Source of the DNA: Wallemia ichthyophaga EXF-994
Lineage: Eukaryota; Fungi; Basidiomycota
Assembly (NCBI RefSeq): GCF_000400465.1
Contig: NW_008806284.1
Location: forward strand, 120,001 to 152,000
Direction: 5' to 3'
DNA length: 32,000 nucleotides
Shown: positions 9,601 through 22,674 of the stretch, one piece after another
Layout: each line of letters starts with the position of its first letter
Numbering within the stretch: the first letter of the stretch is position 1
Program-made: the position numbers and the translations under genes
The notes under the pieces: generated by a model
The model's input: the letters and a program-made list of their open reading frames with translations, nothing else
Databases searched by the model: none
Told to the model about the DNA's origin: nothing

Positions 9601-10237
9601 GTAGCTACAGAGCGCGATTCTTCAGGCGGAAACTTCACACATCGCAAACCAACCACCGTCGTCGCTGGCCGTTTGCAGGCTGTCGCAAAGGCTGCAATGG
9701 ATGCACTGGTGCATAAAGATGGACTGGAAGTTATGGTGCGTTAGCGTGTACTGCCGTCTTCCCTGCTAACGGTTTCGCTATAGCATCTGTTCAAATCTCC
9801 CACTCATATCTACGATTTCGTCGTCTACCTCAAACCGATTGCTAACACCCGTCTTTATCAGTCGCTCCTCGATGATAGATATAAGGCTGGGGATGTCGAT
9901 ATTTCGAATGAACCGCTCGTCGGTTTTGACCCGACTGCCTTACTCGTCGAACATCTTGAACGCGTTTATGGAGATGTACTTCTCTTTTTCCATGATAAGT
10001 GCGGTGGTTGTATAGTGGGTGCACTGTGGAATCCTACATACAACGCACCTCGCAAGTGGAAAGTTGGACTGCATTATCCAGTCAAGCCGACCGATGTGAG
10101 TGATTTTTAATCATTTCTCACCCAACTAACCACCTTTGTAGCAGGGCAAAGATGAAGTAGTCATCGACAAGCAGGCTATTATTGCAGAGATAGCTGCACT
10201 TGGTTATGACATGATGGATAGCATCGGACACGCATAA
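6692..10237 (+). CDS. UTP22: U3 snoRNP-associated Utp22/Nrap (NOL6); about 5 exons
   Basis: LFRLQ|IESLLEEI across intron 7017-7062, DAVKLLKIWSNQR, DHGPPAED..FRAFWGEVSDMRRFKDGKINESVVW, FESSGKWPDDLGAIQVTKAAF, LVGFDP, C-terminal VVIDKQAIIAEIAALG. First exon and start are less certain. Confidence 0.92.
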
Positions 10238-10276
10238 TTTATTAGAATTAGTTTTAAAATCATGCATTCTCAACGG

Positions 10277-11488
10277 TTAAATATTACTGTAGTCAATTGG
10301 CGTTTCGTGTTTCTTGTTGTCTTGTAATTTACGCGCAGCCTTAGCAAAGTCGTCTTGTCTTACGAAGTCTCTCTCATCACGAATAGCAACCATACCAGCT
10401 TCTGTGCAGACATTACGCAAATCGGCACCATTAAAGTTCTCACAGAGTTTAGCAACCGATTCAAAGTCGATTTCACCCTCTTTATTTATATCCTTAGCGT
10501 GAATTTTGAGAATTTCAGTTCTTCCAGTTGCATTTGCGAGAGGGATAAAGATCTTTCTATCCAAACGACCAGGACGCATAAGAGCAGGATCGAGAGTATC
10601 AGGTCTGTTTGTAGCCATGATAACTTTAGTTTTACCAAGATTATCGAAACCGTCTAGCTGGTTGAGTAGCTCCATTAAAGTTCTCTGTATTTCACGATCA
10701 GCGGATGTACCTTCACTAAACCTACGGCCACCGATAGCGTCAATTTCGTCCATGAAGATGATGCAAGGCTCGTGCTCCTTGGCGTAACCGAACATTTCCC
10801 TAATGACTCTGGCTGATTCACCGATGAACTTGTCAACGATGGCAGATGAGACGACTTTGAGGAAGTTGGTTTGGAGGGTAGCAGCACATGCGCGTGCGAT
10901 TAGAGTTTTACCTGTACCAGGAGGACCGTATAAGAGGACACCTTTAGGGGGATTGATGCCAACTCTAGAGAAGAGTTCAGGGTTGTTTAGGGGTAACTCG
11001 ATGACTTCTCTGAGTTCTCTGATTTGATCAGTTAAACCACCAATACCCGCGAAAGAAGCTTCACCAGGGTTTTCCATGGACATGTTATACACCATTGGAT
11101 CAACTTCACGTGGGAGTATTCTCATGATGGTGAGTGTGGTCATGTCGAGGGAAACTCTAACACCTTGTATGAGTTTTGATTGGTTGATTGTCGGTCTAGC
11201 GTGTACAACGTATCTAGGACCGGAAGAAGCTTTAACGATGAATCTCTCGCTGTCGAGTTGCTTAAGCACTTCACCAATAATCTGACCAACAGATTGCAAC
11301 GATTTCATGTCTTCCTCTGTTTGATTGAAAGAGCCATCCATGTCTTTGATATTCCTGCGTATATTCCTCAGCCTCTCACTCAATTGCTCATGTTCTGTGA
11401 TCTTTGAGCGATATTCCCTAAGTGCATCTGCGCTGTGTGTAAGATATTTACTCTATAAAAAATCAATAAACCAACCTTCCTGTGACAT
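10277..11488 (-). CDS. RPT4: 26S proteasome AAA-ATPase subunit Rpt4 (PSMC6); 2 exons
   Basis: [34 protein letters not shown], Walker A GPPGTGKT, Walker [16 protein letters not shown]. First exon ATG TCA CAG GAA G at 11488-11476, intron 11475-11428. Confidence 0.96.
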
Positions 11489-11696
11489 TTCCTTCAGTTT
11501 TTGGTGGTATTTGGTTGAGATGCATAGCCGCGTCATCAACGGATAAAAAGTTTGAAAAGATAATTACAATATTTAGTATACTTAATTTAAGTTTAATAAC
11601 TCATTGATATTTACATTTATTCTTTGATCCATCTCCCATCTCTAATCCACCTCTTGAACAACCACCACAACCACCAATTCCCTTGATTTATAAAAT

Positions 11697-14600
11697 ATGG
11701 CCGAGCGCCCCATCCAAGTGAGATTTATAATTTATATCTTATAATCCTGTCTTACGCGTTTAAGTTCTCTGAACATTTACAACTCACTGCTCTGGGTATC
11801 AACCCCGCCAGCATCAGCTTCCAGACACTAACCATGTCCTCTGACAAGTTCATCTGTGTCCGTGAAGGCGATGGTGGGGCAACTCCAAAGCAAGTCGTTA
11901 TCGTCGATCTCAACGACATCAACAACGTTATCAGAAGGCCTATATCTGCTGATTCTGCTATTATGCATCCAGATAGAAAACTCATCGCGTTAAAAGCAGG
12001 TAAACAGCTACAGCTTTTCAACCTTGAGCTTAAGCAGAAAGTCAAATCTCACCTCTCAAACGATGACGTCGTCTACTGGTCCTGGTTGAATCAATCCACT
12101 CTGGGTCTTGTCACTGATTCATCCGTTTTTCACTGGGATATCGATGCTATCGGTGAAAATGCCCCTGTCAAAGTTTTTGATCGTCATCCAAATCTCGCCG
12201 GTTCCCAAATTATCAACTATAGATCCACTGAAGATGGTAAATGGATGGCCCTCATTGGTATTGCCAGCAACTCCAACCCAGACGGCTTTCGCATCAAGGG
12301 CGCAATGCAGCTTTACTCACGTGATAGAGGCGTTTCTCAACCAATAGAAGGTCACGCTGCTGCCTTCTCTGAACTAAAACTCGATGGAAACGCAAACCCT
12401 TCGAAGCTCTTCGCTTTCGCTGTCCGTACTGGCTCAGGCGCCAAACTTCACATTGTCGAAATTGACTACCAAAGTGGTCAAACGCCATACACAAAGAAAG
12501 CTATCGATGTCTTTTTCCCCGCCGAAGCTGCAACGGATTTCCCCGTCGCAATGCAAATATCCAAGAAATACGGCATCATCTATTTGATTACAAAGTTTGG
12601 CTTTGTTCATCTCTATGATATCGAAAACGGTGCTTGCATCTACATGAATAGAATTTCTGGTGATACCGTCTTTGTCACTGCTGAACACGAAGCCACAGAT
12701 GGTTTGATTGGTGTAAATAGAAAGGGCCAAGTTTTATCCGTTTCAATTGACGAGAATACCGTAATTCCTTACATTCTTAGCACTCTCAATAACGTTGAGT
12801 TAGCATTCAAGCTCGCAAGTCGTGGAAACCTTCCAGGTGCTGATGACTTGTATTTGGCTCAATACCAGAATCTCATGGCTAACCAACAATACAATGATGC
12901 TGCCAAGATCGCTGCTAACTCTCCACGTGGCATTCTTCGTACCCCAACCACCATTGAACAATTCAAGTCTCTTCCAGCTGTACCAGGTCAATTATCGCCT
13001 ATACTTCAATACTTTGGTATCCTTTTGGAAAAGGGCGAGCTCAACAAGTTTGAATCACTTGAGCTTTCTCGTCCTGTTCTTCAGCAAGGTCGCAAGCAAC
13101 TCCTCGAAAAGTGGTTGAAAGAGAATAAATTGGAGTGTTCTGAGGAGCTTGGTGATATTGTCCGCTTGCACGACATGACTCTTGCTCTGTCAATTTACTT
13201 ACGCGCAAACATTCCGAACAAAGTTGTTGCAAGCTTTGCAGAGACTGGTCAATTCAACAAAATTCTCGTCTACTCTCAAAAAGTCAACTACACGCCAGAT
13301 TACGCTTTGTTGATGCAGCACATTGTCCGCGTCAACCCAGACCAAGCTGCCGAATTTGCCAGTCAAATTGTCAACGATGAGGCTGGTCCAAAAATTGACA
13401 TTGAGAGGGTGGTTGATGTTTTCCTTGGTCAAAATCTCATCCAGCAAGCTACTTCCTTCTTACTGGATGCTCTTAAGGAAAACAAGCCAGAGCAGGGTCA
13501 CTTACAGACTCGCTTGTTAGAGATTAATCTCATCAACGCTCCTCAAGTAGCCGATGCTATTCTTGGAAATGCCATGTTTACTCACTTTGATCACCCACGC
13601 ATCGCAAACTTGTGTGAAAAAGCTGGTTTACTTCAACGTGCATTGGAGTTATACCAAGATACCAATGACCTCAAGCGTGTTGTCGTACATACTCCATTGC
13701 TCAATCAAGAATGGCTCGTAAATTACTTCGGTCAATTGACCGTTGATCAGACCTTTGCTTGTTTGAATGAAATGCTAAAGGTGAACATCAGACAAACGCT
13801 TCCAATGGTTGTTCAAATTGCTACAAAGTACAGCGAACTGCTTGGATCTCACAAGCTCATCGAGTTGTTTGAAAATTTCAAGACATTTGAAGGTCTTTAC
13901 TACTTCCTCGGATCAGTTGTTAACTTAAGTGAAGACTCTGAAGTTCACTTCAAGTATATTCAAGCTGCTACTCGTACCGGTCAAATTCGTGAAGTTGAGA
14001 GAATTGTTCGTGAATCCAACTTTTACAATCCAGAAAAAGTCAAAAACTTCCTGAAAGAAGTTAAGCTTCCTGATCAGCTTCCTCTTATCATCGTTTGTGA
14101 CAGATATGACTACGTCCACGATCTCGTTCTCTATCTCTTCCAAAACGGACTCACACAGTTCATTTCTACATATGTACAGCAAGTCAACTCAGCTCGTTTA
14201 CCTCAAGTTGTAGGTGGATTGTTAGATGTTGATTGTGATGAGCAAACCATCAAAAACTTGCTCTCATCTGTCTATGGGTTGTTCGATGTCAACGAGCTCG
14301 TTGATGAAGTTGAAAAGCGTAACCGCCTTAAATTGATCCTTCCTTGGCTTGAAGGACGCATCAACGCTGGTCAGGAAGATGCTGCTATTTACAATGCTTT
14401 GGCCAAGATCTACATTGACAGCAACAACAATCCAGAGCATTTCTTGAAAGAGAACAACATTTATGAACCACTCGTTGTTGGCAAATATTGTGAGAAGCGT
14501 GATCCATACCTCGCTTTCATTGCCTTCGCTAAGGGATTCTGCGATGACGAGTTGATTGCTATCACTAATGAAAATGGCATGTACAAGCACCAAGCACGCT

Positions 14601-17030
14601 ATCTCGTCAAGCGTCGTGATCTCGATCTTTGGGCTCAAGTTCTGAACGATGTCAACGAACACCGTCGTTTACTCATCGACCAAATATCGGCAGTTGCTAT
14701 TCCAGAATCGCAAAACCCAGATGATGTTTCTGTTGCAGTGAAGGCATTTATGACCGCTGGTCTGCAGCAAGAGCTCGTTGATATTCTCGAAAAAATCATT
14801 CTCAACCCAACTTCATTCAGCGACAACGGTAGCTTGCAGAACTTGCTCTTGTTAACTGCAATCAGAAGTGATCAAGGTAGAGTGATGAACTACATCAACA
14901 AGCTTCACAACTACGACTTTAACGAGATTGCCAAGATTGCGATTGACAATGACTTGCACGAAGAGGCTTTCACAGTATACAAGAAGCACGAAGCTCATCT
15001 CGAAGCACTTATCGTTCTCGTAGAGCATATCGTCTCTATCGACCGTGCCTTTGACTACACGAAAAAGATTAACGAGCCACCTCTCTGGGCTCGTCTTGCC
15101 AAAGCTCAACTCGACGGTTTAAGAATTACAGATGCGATTGAGTCTTACATCAAGGCGAACGATCCATCCAACTTTGTGGAAGTTATTGAGATGTCAGAGC
15201 GTGCTGAGAAGCATGAGGACTTGGTCAGATATTTACAAATGGCACGTAACACAGCTCGCGAGCCAAAGATTGACTCTACTCTTGTCTACTGTCTTTGCAA
15301 GACGGACAGACTTCAAGACGCCGAAGACTTCCTCCACATGACCAATGTTGCTGACGTACTTGAAGTCGGTGAGAAGTGTTTCAACGACGGTCTTTACTTG
15401 GCAGCCAAGGTTCTCTTCACCTCTATCTCCAATTACGCTAGATTGGCGACGACACTCATTTACCTCGAAGACAACCAAGCTGCAGTTGAGTGCGCTCGTA
15501 AGGCGGGCAATACACAAGTGTGGAAGCAGGTCTGTCTTGCTTGTGTTGATAAGGAAGACTTCAAATTGGCTAAGATTTGTGGTCTTAATTTGATTGTTCA
15601 CCCAGAAGAGCTCCAAGCTATCATTTCACTTTACGAGTCTCGCGGGTTATTCCAAGAAATGCTCGATCTCTTTGAGGCTGGTCTTGGTCTCGAGCGTGCC
15701 CACATGGGTCTCTTCACCGAGACTGCCATTGCATACGCTAAATATCAACCAGAGAGCATGTTTGAGCATCTGAAGTGGGTGCTATTTTCACTCTCGCGCT
15801 CAACTGACAATTATTGCAGGCTTTACGGCTCTCGTCTCAATATTCCTAAGGTCATCAAGTCCGCTAAAGAAGGACACCTCTGGTGGGTAATAAGTTACTA
15901 TTTAATGATATAACTAATTAGCAAACAGGAGAGAGCTTGTTTATCTTTACATTGCGTACGCTGAGTGGGATAACGCTGCACTCAACACTATCGAGCACAG
16001 CGCTGATGCATGGGACCACCAACAGTTCCGTGATGTACTCAGCAAGGTTGCAAATGCTGAGATATTCTACAAAGCACTTTCATTTTATCAGGAGCAGCAC
16101 CCAACGCTTCTGACAGACCTTTTAACAGCTCTCATTTCACGTATCGATCACTCGAGAGTAGTGTCAATGTTTAGACAATCAGACAACTTGCCATTGGTAC
16201 GAGCATACTTGATTGCAGTGCAGAACTTGGATGTTGCAGCTGTTAATGAGGCTGTTCATGATTTGTTGATTGAAGAGGAAGACTACCAGACGCTATTGGA
16301 TGTTATTGATCAATACCAAAGCTTCGATCAGCTTGGTTTAGCTGCAAGATTGGAACAGCATGAGCTGTTAGCTTTTAGAAGAATAGCAGCACATCTTTAC
16401 AAAGTCAACAAAAAGTACGAAGAATCTATCAACCTCTCTAAGAGCGATAAGCTTTACGTCGATGCTATACAGACCGCATCTACAAGTGAAGATGTTCAGG
16501 TATCAGAAGATTTATTGACTTATTGGGTTGATATTGGCAACAAAGAACTCTTCACCGCTCACTTATACCTTTGCTTTAAGCTGGTGAGACCGGATATCGT
16601 CGAGGAGTTGGCGTGGTTCAATGGACTCGAAGACTTTGCTAAACCATATCAATTTGAGTTGAGGAGACAGACTCAAGATCGTATCAAAGCACTTGAGAAA
16701 AAGGTCCAAGAGCAGGCTACTAAGTCTGCCAAGAAGGAGGAAGATGAAGATTCACAGCCAATTATGGGACCAGGATTTAATGTGAGTTTGCGTGACTGCT
16801 ACGGTGGATTCTCTGACAAAACGCATTAGCAAACGCTCATGATTGGTGGTCCATCAGGATGGAATGGTGCTAACGGGGTGACTCCTCAACAAACAGGTCT
16901 GATGCCTCAAGGTACTGGCATGATGCCACAGGGCACCGGTATGATGCCTCAAGCGACTGGATATCAAGGAGGTGTAAGTGGTGATAGTGTTGTGTGTCTT
17001 AGCTGACGGTGATCATAGTTTGGATACTAA
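11697..17030 (+). CDS. CHC1: Clathrin heavy chain; 6 exons
   Basis: MAERPIQ|FSEHLQL..., terminal-domain propeller ([13 protein letters not shown]), CHCR repeats ([21 protein letters not shown]). Five GT-AG introns, including 11718-11764 and 15775-15819. Last exons give ...QTLMIGG...(MPQxTG)n...GFGY*. Confidence 0.97.
16878..16961 (+). repeat. Four in-frame 21-nt units encoding [28 protein letters not shown] in the clathrin tail
   Basis: Read directly from the penultimate CHC1 exon. Confidence 0.85.
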
Positions 17031-17318
17031 AATGACTACAAAAGCTGATTTTTACTGAACTACTAAACAATATGTAAAATACATAACATCATTTCTGTTT
17101 CATCCGTGTGTCCGTCTCGTGAATGAAATGAAAATCGCAGGCCTGTGCGCCAAAAAAGGGTTGTGCAGCTGCAGGGCAAGAAAGAGAGGGCAGTATTCGA
17201 TAACTAGCTGCATCAATCAAACACCTTTCTCATTGTAACTTCTTGTGTATTATTCCACCCGCGTTACTCCGATTGAGCTGTGAACTGACTTTCTTCGTAA
17301 CCACCATCACCATCACTT

Positions 17319-20300
17319 ATGAGTGAATACAGTTTAGGCGTCCGCGTGTGAGGTGTACAGCAGCAGCACAGTTCTTTCTAACGGCGAGCAGGTGGATCGC
17401 AGACAAAGCAGAGGGATGGATTGGTGCTGAAGTCACTGCCCGCACTGAGGACGCGCTTACCTTTGTGGATGAAAGGGGCAACGTAAGATTCATATGTTGT
17501 ATCTCTCTAGCCGCCCCTAACTACCGGTCCCCAGGAAATCACAAAGAAAACGTCAGACAAGGACCTTCCTTTGTTACGAAACCCCGTTTTACTTGAAGGT
17601 ACAGACGATCTTGTCAATTTGTCATATCTGAATGAGGTGAGCTGTCTTTACTGGATGTTTTCAATCTCGCTCACCCCTCTGACAGCCAGCTGTCCTCTAT
17701 TCTATTAAGCGTCGCTACGCTCAACACTCCATTTATACCTACTCTGGAATCGTCCTTATAGCCGTGAATCCTTTCGCAAAGTTATCCGTTTATGGCCCTG
17801 CTATTATGCAGGCTTACTCTACGCGCAGGCGCGGTGAGCTGGAACCTCATATTTACGCTATAGCCCAAGATGCTCATGCATCCATGACAAGAGACAATAA
17901 AAATCAAACTATGGTTGTCTCTGGTGAATCTGGCGCTGGTAAAACCGTATCCGCTAGGCATATAATGCAATACCTCGCCTTCTTAGGCCAAGACGGTCCA
18001 GGCGGTGCTTCAAGTGGCACTGATGCTAGTATTCTCGCTACCAATCCTGTCATGGAAGCTTTCGGTAACGCCAAAACCATCCGTAATAACAACTCAAGTA
18101 GATTCGGTAGATACCTCAAAATCCTTTTCGATAATCAATGTAACATTATCGGAGCTCAAACTAGCATATACCTTCTCGAGAGGTCTCGATTAATATTTCA
18201 GCCTGAAGGTGAAAGAAATTATCACATCTTCCATCAGCTCTGCGCAGGTGTGCCACCTAAAGAGAGAGCTGAGCTACGTTTGGGTGCAAGCAGTGATTTC
18301 CATTACCTTAATCAAGGCGGTTCTGCTTTAATCCCAGGCGTGGATGACGCCGCTGAATTTGAAATAACACAAAAAGCCCTGTCTACTCTTGGTATTGGCG
18401 TTGAGAAGCAGTGGAATATCTTCAAACTTCTCGCTGCTCTCCTTCACCTCGGCAACGTCAAGATTGGCCAGACAAGAACAGATGCAACTCTTAGCGAAGA
18501 AGATGAAGCATTCCAAATCGCAACTGAATTCTTGGGTATTAGTCTTTCTGACTTTAAGAAGTGGACTGTTAAAAAACAGATTATTACACGTGGAGAGTCT
18601 ATTGTTAGTTCACTCAATGCCGCTCAAGCGAGCGTTGTCAGAGATTCTGTTGCTAAATATATCTACGCCTGTCTCTTTGATTGGCTGGTTGCTGTCCTCA
18701 ATGAAGCTTTGTACAAGAAAGAAGACTCTTCTAGGTTTAACAGCTTCATCGGTGTCTTGGATATTTATGGTTTCGAGCATTTCAAGCGCAACTCTTTCGA
18801 ACAGTTTTGCATCAATTATGCTAATGAGAAGTTGCAACAAGAGGTGGGTATTAGTAATTTTGCATGATGTTTTGCTAATTTGGCATTAGTTCAACGCGCA
18901 TGTCTTCAAACTTGAGCAAGATGAGTATATCAAGGAGGAGATACATTGGGAATTCATATCATTTTCTGATAATAGACCAACCATCGACATGATTGAAGGA
19001 AAACTTGGGATTCTTTCACTCTTAGATGAGGAGTCTAGGATGCCATCTGGAACCGATCAAAACTTCCTCGAGAAACTCCACACACAACTCACCAAACCAG
19101 AATACAAAGACATTTACAAGAAGCCAAGATTTGGTAATACTGCATTCACTGTTGCGCACTATGCCCACGATGTTGCCTACGAAGCTGAAGGTTTCCTTGA
19201 GAAAAACCGGGACACTGTACCAGACGAGCACCTTCAACTTCTTGGTAGTTCATCAAATGAGTTCCTTCGCGAGGTCATCGAGATTGCTGTTGCATCAAAC
19301 GCAGCGGCTACTCCACCTACATCTACCGCGGCTAACAACGTAGCAGTTGGCCGCCGACAAAACCTCAAGAAGCCAACACTTGGATCTATCTTCAAGAGCT
19401 CTTTGATCTCGCTGATGGAAACTATCAACGACACCAATGCACATTACATCCGCTGTATAAAGCCAAACGAGCACAAAAAAGCCTGGGATATAGATTCACA
19501 GCAAGTCTTGTCTCAACTTCGTGCGTGTGGTGTTCTCGAGACAATCAAGATATCGAGTGCAGGTTATCCGACAAGATGGTCGTATGCAGAGTTTACTGAT
19601 CGTTACTACCCACTTGTTAGCTCAGATCACTGGATGGGTGATATGAAAGGTCTATGCCTTCAAATTCTGCAAGATAACATTAAGGATGAAGACAAATACC
19701 AAATTGGTCTTTCTAAGATATTCTTCAGAGCTGGAATGTTGGCCTATCTGGAGAAGTTACGTGCTGATCGTCTCAATGCTCTTGTCACTCTGATACAGAA
19801 GAATATCCTGAGATTTTTACATGTCAAATATTACAAAAAGATTCGTAACGCCACGCTTACTATCCAAACCTGGTGGAGAAGAGCTCTGGCTATTAGATAC
19901 GTCGAGAAGCTTCGTCGTGATACCATCATCTTTAGATTACAAAGCGCTGGTCGTAGGAAGTTGGCTGTGGGCAAGTTCCAAGCAGCTCGCAAGATAGTTA
20001 TTCTTAGTCAAGCTCGTAAGTGATTAACCATGCGAACAAAAGACTTTCTGACCATTTAACTAGACATTCGTGGTATGCAAGCAAGAGTTGGATTTGTAGA
20101 CTTCAAGTACAGATCATCTGCACTCACATTGCAGCGCGTTGCACGTGGAGTGTGAGTGGAGCTTATTTGTTTTCTTTTTACATTCCCAGCTAATTATATA
20201 ACAGTATCGTACGTCGTGAACATGATAAGTCGCTTCGGGGTATAATTCACTTGCAAGCTTGCTACAGACGTATACTTGCTCGTAAAGAGTTCAAGCAGCT

Positions 20301-22365
20301 CAAGAGCGAAGCACGCTCTGTTGCACACATCCAAGAAGTCTCCTACAAACTTGAAAACAAGGTCGTCGAACTCACTCAAAATCTTCAAAAGACTCGTGAG
20401 GAGAAAAAGGATCTCACACGCCGTTGCAATCAACTTGAGAAGCAACTTGGAAATATGCAAAATCGTCACGAGGACAGCGATCAGCGTTTGAAGGAGATGA
20501 TGAATGAGTTGGCTAAGCCTACTGTGGGATTATCTGACTTCAATGAACTTGAATTATTTAAGCGTGATCTTCAAACTCAAGTTTCGACACTCAAAATCGA
20601 TGTCCAGGAACGTGATAAACAAATTAGACAACATAAGGACGAGTTGACCCATCAAGCACAAGAGATCGACAGTAAGAGTGCACAAGCAGCAGAATCTGCT
20701 GCTCGTGCAGCTGACGAAACAATCGTAAATCAACTTAAGACTGAGATTGTTAGTCTTAAGGACCAGCTTCATCGTGCAAACACTCTTAATGCACTAGAGC
20801 ATGGAAGTGCGAAATCGAAACAGATCACCGCACCAACGTTCTCAATGCATCTCGGCAAATCTAATGAGAACGTTGCTGCACTTGTGAATGGTGCCAACAG
20901 TCCTACAGTCGAGGGTAATCCTTCTGATGCACTCGAAGCTCTTGGTTTACCTCCAAACAAACGTCGTCAACGTAGACACTCAGCTAATGGCGCTTTCTTG
21001 GAGCAGAACGGAGAAGGACGGGATTCATCAGATGAAGCACTTTCTGCTGGTAAACGCAATGAGGCCACCCCACGTGCTGTGTCGGTTGCATACCCGTCAG
21101 CTGAGACTGCTAACAAGCTGAAGGGTTTGAACGGACGTGCATATTTCCCAGAAGTGCTTGACGATCCATCTGAAGAGATGATCAAGTTGTTGGAGGATGA
21201 GCAGAGTATTGATGAAGACATATTGGTCACAATGATTCATGAACTCAAAGTACCCCTCCCAAGCTTGCAGAACCCACCTTCTGCCAAGGAAGTACTTTTC
21301 CCAGCCCACATAATGTCACTTGTCACCAACGAAATGTGGAAGTACTGTCTTATCATGGAGAGCGAGAGACTATTGGCAAACGTTATGCAAACAATCCAGC
21401 AGCATGTCATGAGCTTCCAAGGGGAGGATGCGATCGTACCAGGATTATTCTGGTTGTCTAACGTACACGAGGTATGGTCATTCGTGTGCGTGACTGAGGA
21501 TGATATGCTCCAGGGCATTGTTCCAGGTGGCGATGACCCAGACCGTCCGCTTGACTGGCCAGCTTATGAGCAACTCATCACTGTCGTCAAGCACGATCTC
21601 GAGAGTTTGGAGTACAACATTTACTTTGCATTTATGGAAGAAACCAAGAAAAAGTTGCGCAAGATGATTGTACCTGCGCTCATTGAATCACAATCACTAC
21701 CAGGCTTTATCACCTCCGACACTGGTGGTAGACTGTTCAACAGACTGCTGCAAGGCAACTCACACCCAGCCTTCAGCATGGATGACATACTAAACTTGCT
21801 CAACAAGGTATGGAAGTGTCTTAAATCATACCGCCTTGACGAGCCGGTCGTCCTGCAAGTAATGACTGAATTATTACGACTTATTGGAAACGTTGGCTTT
21901 AATGACCTGTTGATGAGACGCAATTTCAATTCATGGAAGCGTGCAATGCAAATTCAATACAACTTGACGAGGCTGGAGGAATGGTGCAAGAGTCACGATC
22001 TTCCAGAAGGCTGCTTGCACCTGGAGTACATGATGCAAGCCACCAAGCTTCTTCAACTGAAGAAAGCAACTACCCAAGACATGGAGATCATTTTCGACGT
22101 CTGTTGGATTCTGTCACCATCTCAGCTCCACAAGCTTATCACTGGCTACATGATCGCTGATTACGAAAGCCCACTGTCGCCGCACGTCCTGCAGACCGTC
22201 AGCGCTAGACTGTCCAGTGACAGAAATGATCATCTTTTACTTGCAGAAGAGGAAGGTTCGAACTTTGAGCTACCGCAGCCACGTCAAGTCATAGGATTAG
22301 ATCTTTACATTCCTGGAACGGTGAGCGTTCCTCACCTGCGCCGTATCGCCGGCTTGGCTGCTTAG
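17319..22365 (+). CDS. MYO2: Class V myosin (Myo2-like): motor, six IQ motifs, coiled coil, DIL/globular tail; about 7 exons
   Basis: MSEYSLGVRV|WIADKAEGW, P-loop GESGAGKT, switch I NNNSSRFG, switch II DIYGFE, six IQ-like motifs after splicing, DIL domain (FNDLLMRRNFNSWKRAMQIQYN). Confidence 0.96.
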
Positions 22366-22674
22366 AGATGTGGACAGTTTTTCACTTTGATTTCAATCTC
22401 ACTCCGTAACGATATGTGCATGTGCAAGAGGATTTGTGTTTAAAATACTATGAATTCAAATAATTTTCTGATTTATTTCGTTTTTGTGAGGAGTGTCGGT
22501 GTGCGAATGTTGAGGCTGAAGAAGATTTTCAAGTCGCAGCACTTCGGATCATATCAAGTAGATTTCCTTATTAGTGATTGAAACTTTAGTTGAGGAAGTG
22601 CACCCCACCCTCTAAAATATTTATGTCTTAATAAAGTCATCATAATAACATCAAAATTACAAAATACAATATCT

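Noticed and set aside
10139-10144. NAGNAG tandem acceptor (TAGCAG) in the last UTP22 intron
   Set aside because: Common and would change only one residue; no evidence of use.
11495-11520. GGTGGTATT resembling the Rpn4/PACE element (GGTGGCAAA) near RPT4
   Set aside because: Three mismatches, and it lies very close to the ATG, probably in the 5' UTR.
11697-22365. CHC1-MYO2 adjacency as a membrane-trafficking gene cluster
   Set aside because: Two neighbouring housekeeping genes with an ordinary 288-bp gap; no evidence beyond chance.
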